Assembly (NCBI GenBank): GCA_949297185.1
Contig: CASFRM010000005.1
Span: 2,368-66,367 of the forward strand
Source: an uncultured Pseudomonadota bacterium
Lineage (GTDB): Bacteria; Pseudomonadota; Alphaproteobacteria; RF32; CAG-239
Reading direction: 5' to 3'
DNA: 64,000 bases
Positions 50,808 to 59,395 of the stretch are shown here, in pieces. The notes beneath the pieces are model-generated. The model made no database searches. It had not been told where the DNA came from and saw only the letters and a program-made list of their open reading frames with translations. A program made the translations under genes and the position numbers. The number at the start of each line of letters is the position of its first letter. The stretch's first letter is position 1.

Positions 50808-51818
50808 ATGACTCTAAAGTCTTTGTTTTTTATTTTTTGCGGAGTTCTGCTCAGCGGTCAAGCTTTCGGAGCTCAAGCTTTCTCTCAAATTAAAGAGCGG
50901 CAATATGTTGCCTGCGGCACCAGTCGCGATTATCAGGCGCTTGCCTACATCAAGGACAAAGAGCTCAAAGGCTTTGACGCCGATTTGTGTCGGGCTTTTG
51001 CAGCAGCCTTTTTAGGCGACCCCGGCAAATTTAAGCTTATCCCCGTTGCCAAATCAAATATCGGTCAGGCTCTAAACTCCGGCAAAATAGATGTTATGTT
51101 AGGCCACAGTTCGCTCACCTCATCAGAAGAAGCCAAACAATTTGTAACACCTGTCGACACCTTGTTTTTTGACCGCCAAGTTTTTGCTTCAAGAACCGCT
51201 AAAGATGCCACATCAATGCGAGATTTTGCCGATACCAAAGTCTGTGTTTTACGCAACTCCGAAGCCAAAACATTTTTAGGTGAGTACAATCAAAAATATG
51301 CCCTTGGATTAAATATCATAGAATTTCCCAATCTCACCAAATTAAAAGAAGCTTTTTACCTAAAAAGATGTGACTTAATCACCGGTGACGAAATATTTGT
51401 AAAGAACATAGTTTCATCACTCAAAGCAAAAGAACCGGCACAAGTATTGCCCGAAGAAATAGCCTACATCCCGATAAAAGCCTATTCTGCCGGTAACAAT
51501 CCTTCTATCAATATTGCCATGAGATGGATTATCAATGCCCTAAAATTAGCCTCGGCATCAAAAATAACTTCGCAAAACATAAATACCTATGCAGCAACCA
51601 AAAGCCCGTCGATACAAAACCTGCTCGGAATAAAACCGCAAGCATGGCAAAAACTGGGGCTTACCCCGTCTTGGGCCGATTACTACATTAAATCCTATGG
51701 CAACTACACCGAGATACTTGACCGCAACATTGGCCAGAACTCTGAGCTAAAGCTCGATATTAAACAAAATGATTTAATAGATAACGGTGGATTTTTGAGC
51801 TACCAGCAATTTATTTAA
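50808..51818 (+). CDS. Amino acid ABC transporter substrate-binding protein (AapJ/BztA-like)
   Basis: I..R..V.CG, GFDAD.CRA.AAA..GD, VC and GNY.EI..RNIG. Start 50796 or 50808. Confidence 0.8.
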   Translation: MTLKSLFFIFCGVLLSGQAFGAQAFSQIKERQYVACGTSRDYQALAYIKDKELKGFDADLCRAFAAAFLGDPGKFKLIPVAKSNIGQALNSGKIDVMLGHSSLTSSEEAKQFVTPVDTLFFDRQVFASRTAKDATSMRDFADTKVCVLRNSEAKTFLGEYNQKYALGLNIIEFPNLTKLKEAFYLKRCDLITGDEIFVKNIVSSLKAKEPAQVLPEEIAYIPIKAYSAGNNPSINIAMRWIINALKLASASKITSQNINTYAATKSPSIQNLLGIKPQAWQKLGLTPSWADYYIKSYGNYTEILDRNIGQNSELKLDIKQNDLIDNGGFLSYQQFI

Positions 51819-52498
51819 ATTCTTGCTTTTATAAATTCTGCGGCCTTCTGCACCGACGAGGAGTCGATTCGGTGAGAGCAATCCTCAGCCACAAATTTTT
51901 GCACACAACACCCCAAATCTTCCAAGGCTTCACTTGTAAACTCCAAAGCCCTAAACCTAACCGTATTGTCAACATTACCATGAATTAGCAACATATCCGG
52001 AGTCGATTTCAAATGTTTTTCAACATATCCCTTAGCGGCCAATATTCCGCTAAAACTAACCACTCCGGCCATTTTATATGGGCACATCAATCCCAAATGA
52101 ATGGCGAGCATCGCTCCTTGAGAAAATCCGCACAAAAACAAATCTTCATAACTCAATCCATATTCATTTAACAGGTTATCAATATAATCCAACAAATAGG
52201 ACGAAGCTTCTTCCAAGCCTATAGTCATTCGATTATAATATTCAATAAACTCATCCCAAGAATTTGTAGAACGACGGCAATCATCAGGATCAAATTGGTG
52301 CATGGAATACCACTGTCTTTTGGTAGCATCAATTTCATTCCAATATGGAGCCTGAGGAATATGCAACGCAACATCTTTAATCTCGAGCAGAGCTTGAGAT
52401 TTTTTATCTATATGTTCGGCGGTATCCTGATATCCGTGCAAAAAGACGATTAATTTTTTAGGGATACCGTTTATATGAACAATTTCTTCCGAGATCAT
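51815..52498 (-). CDS. Phospholipase/carboxylesterase (alpha/beta hydrolase)
   Basis: LHGY, GFSQGA and HG..D..V. Confidence 0.9.
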   Translation of the reverse strand: MISEEIVHINGIPKKLIVFLHGYQDTAEHIDKKSQALLEIKDVALHIPQAPYWNEIDATKRQWYSMHQFDPDDCRRSTNSWDEFIEYYNRMTIGLEEASSYLLDYIDNLLNEYGLSYEDLFLCGFSQGAMLAIHLGLMCPYKMAGVVSFSGILAAKGYVEKHLKSTPDMLLIHGNVDNTVRFRALEFTSEALEDLGCCVQKFVAEDCSHRIDSSSVQKAAEFIKARI

Positions 52499-52619
52499 TA
52501 GCTTATTCCGATTCCCAAATCAACTAGTCCTTCTCATAAAACAAATAGTTAAATAAATCGTTAAACCCTCGTTACATAATTGCAACGAGGGTTTGTTTTT
52601 TTAGATTAATAAACTGAAG

Positions 52620-53393
52620 TTATTCGTCGGCAGTCAAAATCATATAGGTTAAAGCATCATCAGAAGCTTCCAAGATTCTAAAGCCATTACCGTTAATCAT
52701 AATCAACCCCGGTTTATTAGGAAAACTTATTTTTTCAAATTCTCCGACATCTTCATCATCTTCAAAAGCCAAGTAGTCGAACCATACTCTATCCAACTTC
52801 ACGCCGGCATATTTTATCTCATAGCCGCCATATGCTTTACCGGAACTTGTAGAAGTTTTGATTACCTTTTTCATCTTCAAGTCCGACGGATAAACAAACA
52901 CCGGCTCATCAAGCAGTTTAAGAGTTCCGTCATCAATCCAACCGGCCTTATTATAAAAGTTTCCCTGATTATCAAACAAGAAAACATAATCATCCAATCC
53001 GCTCGGCAACAAATTATATTCCTCACCGTCTACCGACACCGTTCCCCAAATTTTATACTCTTGTCTGTTAGACAACCTTGTAGGAACTGTTGTTGTTTGC
53101 AAAGTACCTTTTTTGCTGGGAACATAAGCTATTGCTTCATACATATCCACGACAAAAAACTTATCACTCAATACCGTCTCACCTTTTTTAACGGTCAAAG
53201 CTTTATTCAACACAAAATTATGCTCTCTTCTGTCTTCACTTCTAAGCAACATTTTTTCGGTATCGGCAAAATTAATGGTATAACCGTTAACCATATTAAG
53301 GATTTTTTTTCTAACCGGAACCAAATCATAATCACCGGCTCTGATGCATCCGGATACCAAAAGCAAGCAAATCAACGACAAAATTTTTTTCAT
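52620..53393 (-). CDS. Hypothetical lipoprotein
   Basis: LLVSGC lipobox. Confidence 0.7.
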   Translation of the reverse strand: MKKILSLICLLLVSGCIRAGDYDLVPVRKKILNMVNGYTINFADTEKMLLRSEDRREHNFVLNKALTVKKGETVLSDKFFVVDMYEAIAYVPSKKGTLQTTTVPTRLSNRQEYKIWGTVSVDGEEYNLLPSGLDDYVFLFDNQGNFYNKAGWIDDGTLKLLDEPVFVYPSDLKMKKVIKTSTSSGKAYGGYEIKYAGVKLDRVWFDYLAFEDDEDVGEFEKISFPNKPGLIMINGNGFRILEASDDALTYMILTADE

Positions 53394-53502
53394 TTCAGCA
53401 ATCTTTATATATAAAAAGCGGTTGTATAAATTTATTTTTAATTATTATATCATAAAGTCGATTTAGTAAACAAAATTATAACAATATACAGGATAAAACG
53501 CC

Positions 53503-54369
53503 ATGACTTCTACTTGTTGGCAAATAACCTTTCAGGCACAAGAACAATATGATGAACGATTCTCCGATTTTATGGAAGAATTTTTTGAAGTTACCGCCCA
53601 AAACTATACCCCTGATAATTTAGACCAATACATTGGCTACACTTCCGGAAGTTTTGATGAAGAAGGCATGAAAAATCTTGCCGCAAGTTACGGCATAGAG
53701 TTGCCTGCTTATGATGCCAGCGAGCTCAAAAGCGAAAACTGGCTCAAAGATTATGTAATAGAATTTCCGCCTTTTGAGGTAGGCAATTTTTGCATCTACG
53801 GCATTCACGAAAAAACAGCCCCTCAAAGCGACAAAACCTTGCTTCAAATTTATGCTGCCACCGCCTTTGGCTCCAATCACCAAACCACCAGAGGCTGCAT
53901 TGAGGCCTTGTGCGATTTAAGCTCTGACGGTTTTGCACCTAAAAAGATTTTAGACATTGGTACCGGCTCCGGCATTTTATCATTATGCGCCGGCAAGTTG
54001 TGGCCAAATTGCAAAATCATAGCCTCCGACATTGATGACGAAGCCGTAATCGTAACCAACGGCAATGCTCAAACCAACAAGCTCGAGGCTCAAATAACCG
54101 CCGTATTAAGCGACGGCTACCAAAACAAAATAATCAATGATTTTGCCCCCTGCGATTTAGTTTTGAGCAATATATTAGCCAATCCGTTGATAGCTTTTGC
54201 CCCCGATTTAAGTTCTCATCTAAAATCCGGCGGTTATTGTATACTTTCCGGTTTTGTAGACAATCAGGTCTCCGATGTCATCTCGGCTCACGAAGCAAAC
54301 GGACTAAAGCTAATCAAACTTTATTCTCACGATAATTGGCGTGCAGCTCTTATGCAAAAAAAGGATTAA
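53503..54369 (+). CDS. prmA: Ribosomal protein L11 methyltransferase
   Basis: ENW, AFGS.H.TT, LDIGTGSGIL, NILA and LSG. Confidence 0.9.
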   Translation: MTSTCWQITFQAQEQYDERFSDFMEEFFEVTAQNYTPDNLDQYIGYTSGSFDEEGMKNLAASYGIELPAYDASELKSENWLKDYVIEFPPFEVGNFCIYGIHEKTAPQSDKTLLQIYAATAFGSNHQTTRGCIEALCDLSSDGFAPKKILDIGTGSGILSLCAGKLWPNCKIIASDIDDEAVIVTNGNAQTNKLEAQITAVLSDGYQNKIINDFAPCDLVLSNILANPLIAFAPDLSSHLKSGGYCILSGFVDNQVSDVISAHEANGLKLIKLYSHDNWRAALMQKKD

Positions 54370-54373
54370 TAAT

Positions 54374-56050
54374 ATGACTTCGATATCATCTGTTCAACAA
54401 TACCTAACCCAACACAAAATCGATGCCTACATCGTCACCCGCAACAACATGTTTTTAGGGCAAGATGTTTTAGACGAAGAAAACAAGATAAAAGAGCTCA
54501 GCGGATTCACCGGCTCTGCCGGCAACATGATAATATTCCGCGACAAAGTTTTTTTACTGGTCGACGGCCGGTACGATATTCAAGCCCGACAACAGACCTC
54601 AGGACAAAATATCGAAGTTGTCTGCACACGCGATTCGATAGGTTCGTTTATCCAACACAATATCGAAGAACCCTGCAAATTTTTGTATGATTCGTGGTGT
54701 CATTCCATTTCCGAAGTAGACTACTGGAAACGCGCTCTGCCCGACCACGAATTTATAGAAGACAAAGACAACATTTTAGGCTCAAGAATAAGCTCTCGTC
54801 AGGGCGAAATTTTCGAACTTGAAGAAAGCTTTAGCGGCATATCATCGGAAGAAAAAATTTCTTACCTGACCAAATTTTGCCTTGATAACAAACTCGACGG
54901 TTATTTTTTAAGCGAATGCGATTGTGTATCATGGCTGATGAATTTGCGTTCCGATTTAATAAAATACACGCCGATTATCAGAGCCTTTGCCCTGGTTTCC
55001 GCAAGCGGTGAAGTAAGTTTATTTATCAACGACTTTTCCAAACTTGAGCAAGAGTTAGAACTTTGGAAAGGCAAAAAAATCGGTTTGAGTTACAACCGCA
55101 CCTCCAAAAAACTACAAAGTTTAATGAAAACCCATCGCATTTGGCTAAGCAATATAAACAACCCCGTAAACGAATGGAAAGCTTGCAAAAATCCGGTTGA
55201 GATTACGGGAATAAAATCGGCACACTTGCGTGACGGTGTAGCAATGTGCAAATTTTTATCTTGGCTTTCAGCCAACTGGCAAGGACAAGACGAACTTTCC
55301 GTCGCCGCCAAGTTAGAAGATTTTAGAAAACAAGGAGATAATTACTATTCTTTGAGTTTTGCCACCATTGCCGGCTGTGGAGCCAACGGGGCGATAGTCC
55401 ACTATCAAGCCGACGCCAAAAGCAACCGCGCATTGACCGAAGGCTCACTTTTGTTGCTTGACAGCGGAGCCCAATATTTTGACGGCACCACCGACATAAC
55501 CCGCACTATTGCTTTAGGAAAGCCGAGAGCCGAATGCAAATCAAGCTACACTCAGGTTTTGAAGGCTCACATAGCCGTATCTTCGAGCCTGTTTCCGCTT
55601 AATACTCCGGGACTTTCGCTTGATGCGGTATCAAGAGCGGTTTTATGGCGCTATGGCAAAGACTATGCTCATGGTACCGGCCATGGGGTCGGACACTTTT
55701 TGAGCGTTCACGAAGGACCGCAGTCACTATCGCTAAAGAGTTTGGCTCCTTTGCAAAAAGATATGATTGTTTCGATAGAACCCGGATTTTATAAAGAAGG
55801 CGAATACGGTATCAGAATTGAAAATCTGGCTATGATTGTTGAGACCTCAACCGAATTTATGTCGCCGATGCTAAAGTTCGAACCTTTGACTCTGGTTCCG
55901 TTTGACCAAGCCTTGATTGATAAAAGCTTGCTAAATGCCGAAGAAATACAATGGCTCAATAACTATCATCAAAAAGTTTGGCAAGAGGTATCTCCTCTTT
56001 TAGACCCCGAAAACAAAAATTGGCTACAAAAAGCCTGTGCCGAAATTTAG
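54374..56050 (+). CDS. Xaa-Pro aminopeptidase (M24)
   Basis: SGFTGSAG, DGRY, DSGAQY.DGTTDITRT, HGTGHGVG, HEGP, EPG.Y and GIRIEN. Confidence 0.93.
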   Translation: MTSISSVQQYLTQHKIDAYIVTRNNMFLGQDVLDEENKIKELSGFTGSAGNMIIFRDKVFLLVDGRYDIQARQQTSGQNIEVVCTRDSIGSFIQHNIEEPCKFLYDSWCHSISEVDYWKRALPDHEFIEDKDNILGSRISSRQGEIFELEESFSGISSEEKISYLTKFCLDNKLDGYFLSECDCVSWLMNLRSDLIKYTPIIRAFALVSASGEVSLFINDFSKLEQELELWKGKKIGLSYNRTSKKLQSLMKTHRIWLSNINNPVNEWKACKNPVEITGIKSAHLRDGVAMCKFLSWLSANWQGQDELSVAAKLEDFRKQGDNYYSLSFATIAGCGANGAIVHYQADAKSNRALTEGSLLLLDSGAQYFDGTTDITRTIALGKPRAECKSSYTQVLKAHIAVSSSLFPLNTPGLSLDAVSRAVLWRYGKDYAHGTGHGVGHFLSVHEGPQSLSLKSLAPLQKDMIVSIEPGFYKEGEYGIRIENLAMIVETSTEFMSPMLKFEPLTLVPFDQALIDKSLLNAEEIQWLNNYHQKVWQEVSPLLDPENKNWLQKACAEI

Positions 56051-56126
56051 ATTATAGCTATTTAAATTTTCGATAAATGTATTATTTTGATTCTTGCAAT
56101 AACAATCACTCCAAGGAGAAAAAGAA

Positions 56127-56576
56127 ATGAAATACTTTTTATGTTTAGCGGCATTTTTAGGTTTTTGCAACTTTGCTTATGCTCAAGACGGCAACCAAAT
56201 GTTACAAACCGAGGTCGAAGAAGAATACTACCAACAAGAAAATCAAAGTCCCGAAAAGTCTAACATATATATTTTCTTCAACAACCAACCCTGTCAAAAT
56301 TGCCCGCAAGCCATTGCCATGATAGAAGAAGCATACAATCAAAACTTTTTGAATCAATACAATCTCTACACCATTGACTATGCCGATGACACCAATTCCG
56401 GATTTGTACAAATGTTTGCATTGAGCAATCCCCTAGAAGTCGTAATGGTACAAATGAACAATGGCGAAATGCAAGGCTACCAAAAGATAGAAGGCATTAC
56501 CGACATGGTACCCGACCCGATGGCTTTCAACGAATATTTTGTTTCGCAGGTTAACGGCTACTTAGGCGGCGAATAA
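56127..56576 (+). CDS. Exported thioredoxin-fold-like protein (CQNC)
   Basis: AAGGAG RBS, signal peptide, and YIFF...CxxC. Confidence 0.7.
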   Translation: MKYFLCLAAFLGFCNFAYAQDGNQMLQTEVEEEYYQQENQSPEKSNIYIFFNNQPCQNCPQAIAMIEEAYNQNFLNQYNLYTIDYADDTNSGFVQMFALSNPLEVVMVQMNNGEMQGYQKIEGITDMVPDPMAFNEYFVSQVNGYLGGE

Positions 56577-56598
56577 TAAATAATTCGAAAAAACATTC

Positions 56599-56629
56599 AA
56601 CTCCGCACAAAACTTGCGGAGTTTTTTTT
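56599..56629 (+). terminator. Intrinsic terminator
   Basis: AACTCCGCA...TGCGGAGTT plus T run. Confidence 0.8.
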
Positions 56630-56715
56630 GCTTTACCTGCTTGACAAATTTTGCCAAATACATCATTAATAGAAACAAGCAAATATTTTTATTAAACTAT
56701 TAAAAAAATAATAAT

Positions 56716-57375
56716 ATGGAACTAAAAAATTTAACTTTAGATGAAGCAAAACAAGCCTTATGTTCTGCTCTCCCGTTTGGAGATGATTTTATAAAACTTT
56801 GTAACGAAATCGGCATCTCCGATGTCCAATTACAAAAACTGGAGACAATCAATCCGGTGATTACCGAAAAGAGAGCCTTTTCCAGAGGACAAAGCTTTTA
56901 TGCGTGGACCTGCTGGCACAAACGAAAAATATATTTCGTTATCCCCGGAGAAGATGAGGTTTCCATTTCCGGTGAGCAAAACTTTCGGATAAGCCACCTC
57001 AAGTTTGGCGAAAGTGTTCCGGTGGTTATTAAAAAAGATGTTTTGCAGACCCAAACTGCAAATTATCAGCTTATAGCCGACAGGTTTGGCAGCAAAAGAT
57101 TAGTTCCCGAATGGTGGCTTGACGCAGAGAGGGTTAATGCCTACTACTCGTCAAACCCTAAAAAGACTAAACATTGCCTGCAAGAGATCGTAATCGGAGA
57201 TGATAAATTTCTTGCCTGGCGCTTTGCATCGGCAAAACCATGTGCCGTGCATTGGTTTATCATCGAAAACGGAAGCTTTGTTTCCGCCTGTGACAGCCAA
57301 CGGCATCATTTTGCCCTGCCGCAAAAGCAAAAAAATGCTTTTGTCTTAAGCGGCAGCATTTTACGGTTTAAGTAA
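56716..57375 (+). CDS. Hypothetical protein (SF.AWTCW motif family)
   Basis: 219-aa ORF with upstream TTGACA and a downstream terminator. Confidence 0.72.
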   Translation: MELKNLTLDEAKQALCSALPFGDDFIKLCNEIGISDVQLQKLETINPVITEKRAFSRGQSFYAWTCWHKRKIYFVIPGEDEVSISGEQNFRISHLKFGESVPVVIKKDVLQTQTANYQLIADRFGSKRLVPEWWLDAERVNAYYSSNPKKTKHCLQEIVIGDDKFLAWRFASAKPCAVHWFIIENGSFVSACDSQRHHFALPQKQKNAFVLSGSILRFK

Positions 57376-57419
57376 AAAAAACACCTGCAAAACTATTGAT
57401 AGTTTTGCAGGTGTTTTTT
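57374..57419 (+). terminator. Intrinsic terminator
   Basis: AAAAAACACCTGCAAAACTAT-TG-ATAGTTTTGCAGGTGTTTTTT. Confidence 0.85.
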
Positions 57420-57421
57420 AT

Positions 57422-57905
57422 TGTCATTCTCGGGCTTGTTTTTCTTCTTTGTCATTCTCGGGCTGTTTTTCTTCCTTCTTTGTCATTCTCGGGCTTGTCC
57501 CGAGAATCTAATAAAACAATATGCCGTAGCTTCTGAGACCCTCGGAATAAATCCGAGGGTGACGGTATAGAACAGACCCTCGGGTCAGAGCCCGAGGGTG
57601 ACGGGGTGTGTGGTGGTCGAGGGTGACATAAAAAGAAGTGTCATTCTCGGGCTTGTCCCGAGAATCTCTTTCCACATCTCAACACAAATTTTTTCAAAAC
57701 GGTGGAGAATGAGTCAAATAATAAGAAAACTTTTTTAAGGCGACGGGAGTGTACTGGCGGTACATGACCTAGCCTTTAAGAAGTTTTCTGTATTAGTTGT
57801 CCATTATACGCCGTTTTACTGTCATTCTCGGGTTCGTGTTTTCCTCTTTGTCATTCTCGGGCTTGTTTTTCTTCTTTGTCATTCTCAGGCTTGTCCCGAG
57901 AATCT
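57422..57905. repeat. Cluster A of TGTC-tagged REP-like palindromes (7 forward, 3 inverted units) with an embedded long hairpin
   Basis: TGTCATTCTC(G/A)GG at 57422, 57450, 57481, 57639, 57820, 57849 and 57877. Full unit is TGTCATTCTCGGGCTTGTCCCGAGAATCT. Inverted ...CGAGGGTGAC units at 57536, 57574 and 57617. Confidence 0.9.
57696..57817. repeat. ~122-bp imperfect palindromic element (RPE/MITE-like), copy 1
   Basis: AAAACGGTG...CGCCGTTTT termini, nested complementary arms, and a central TGTAC-TGGCG-GTACA hairpin. Confidence 0.8.
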
Positions 57906-57936
57906 ACCTCAACAAACAAGAAAATAACTTTTAAAC

Positions 57937-57973
57937 AAAAAAACGGGGAACGCGCTTCACAGCGAATTCCCCG
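57937..57973 (-). terminator. Terminator of the beta-barrel gene
   Basis: Minus strand CGGGGAA...TTCCCCG plus T7. Confidence 0.75.
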
Positions 57974-57995
57974 AAAAAGAGTCTTTTTACGCATT

Positions 57996-59174
57996 TTAGA
58001 AAGAAAATGCATATCCAGCAGTCAGGCTGGCATTTAAGCCGAACCCATTGCTAGACTTACCACTATAATCGGCACGTCCGGTAAAAGACGTTCCAAAATT
58101 ATAATGGCCACCGAAGTTACCAGTTATTTTAATCTGGTGTCTTCCGAAATGGAAGTTTACTCCGATGAATGCACCTCCTTCAACTCCCAAGGTATAGGCT
58201 GCGGCAGCCATCTGGAAGTCTCCAGACTCTGTGCTGCCGCGCTCTATCTTAGAGTATTCACCGAGTCCGGCTTTCGCTCCAAACTCGAACTCCACGATAG
58301 AGCTAGCCCCCCATGGGAGTATTCTATAACCACATTGGCCGTAGATATGGCTTGTGGTTATCTTATCAGACCCAAAGATCTGATAAGCACCCAAGCCATA
58401 TACAGCGCCGCCGAATGCGCCACTCCTGTTAAAATGCAGGAGTTCTGCACCGGCGATCCACCCCTCGTTTCCAAGGAATGAATATCCACTATAGGCTCCT
58501 CCCTGCCAACAATTATCCCCCGAAACTTGTGTTTCGGTGAATATATTGTATGACAAGGAAAGCCCTACAGCCAAACGGTTATTTGCCCACTGGGTTGGGG
58601 TTACGTTCCAACCTTCCGGCATCTCCACCTTGTGGTTGCCGGAATTGTTGAAAGCATACAAGTAACGTCCCCAAACGGACAACGTTACTTGTTTTCCAAC
58701 CATCACGCCTAGGCTGAGCTGTGCTCCAGCCTTAAAACGCCACAAACTATTATAATAGTCGTGGGTTTTTTCATCTTTCCACGCGTGATCATGGAAAGAC
58801 AATTGACCGGCTCCGGCCATTGCGTCCAGTCCGACGTGGACTGTGCTACCGAGGCGAACCCCGATAAGCGCCAGCACGTCGGAAGTCGCGCCATAATGAT
58901 TGGCGTAATCTACACCAACCATCCCACCCCAGCGCCAAGCAAATGCCTGGGTTGGGGTGTATACGCGAGTTGCGGACAGCTCAGCGCCGCCGGAGATATA
59001 TCCCCCAAACGACGCGTGCCCACCGACCGCAACTTCGGTGTGCACTTTTTCAGCTTCGGTAAACCGCAAGTTGCGGTTACCGAAGTGGTGCCCGTAGGCG
59101 GTTGCTATTGGATCTGTAGCAAATGATGCCACAGATACCAATAGCATAAATGCTATATTTAATATTTTTTTCAT
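57996..59174 (-). CDS. Putative outer-membrane beta-barrel protein, possibly two tandem barrel domains
   Basis: Signal peptide, Gly/aromatic alternating strands, internal GLSLSYNI and terminal TAGYAFSF. Confidence 0.72.
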   Translation of the reverse strand: MKKILNIAFMLLVSVASFATDPIATAYGHHFGNRNLRFTEAEKVHTEVAVGGHASFGGYISGGAELSATRVYTPTQAFAWRWGGMVGVDYANHYGATSDVLALIGVRLGSTVHVGLDAMAGAGQLSFHDHAWKDEKTHDYYNSLWRFKAGAQLSLGVMVGKQVTLSVWGRYLYAFNNSGNHKVEMPEGWNVTPTQWANNRLAVGLSLSYNIFTETQVSGDNCWQGGAYSGYSFLGNEGWIAGAELLHFNRSGAFGGAVYGLGAYQIFGSDKITTSHIYGQCGYRILPWGASSIVEFEFGAKAGLGEYSKIERGSTESGDFQMAAAAYTLGVEGGAFIGVNFHFGRHQIKITGNFGGHYNFGTSFTGRADYSGKSSNGFGLNASLTAGYAFSF

Positions 59175-59390
59175 ACCCTAAAGGTTTTTAGGGACCTTAC
59201 TCATTGAGATATTTACCGCAATCAATCGACTGTACCGGGCAGGCCTTTCATCCTAGATGAAAGTCAGAGCCCTAGCAAAGCTCACCCACTATCTGCAAAG
59301 CATCCTCCGATCTTTGCTCCCACCACAGTCAATCTCTTGCGATATCTCAATTTTCAGGCATCCCCTAAAACCTTTTCAGGCTCTCGGGGA
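59175..59390 (-). ncRNA. Candidate structured cis-regulatory RNA
   Basis: Multiple nested inverted repeats forming a three-way junction, plus competing pairings next to the start codon. Confidence 0.45.
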
Positions 59391-59395
59391 TTAAA

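Noticed and set aside
57422-57905. CRISPR array
   Set aside because: Intervening sequences are mostly very short, similar to each other and pyrimidine-rich. Units occur in both orientations, and no cas genes are present.
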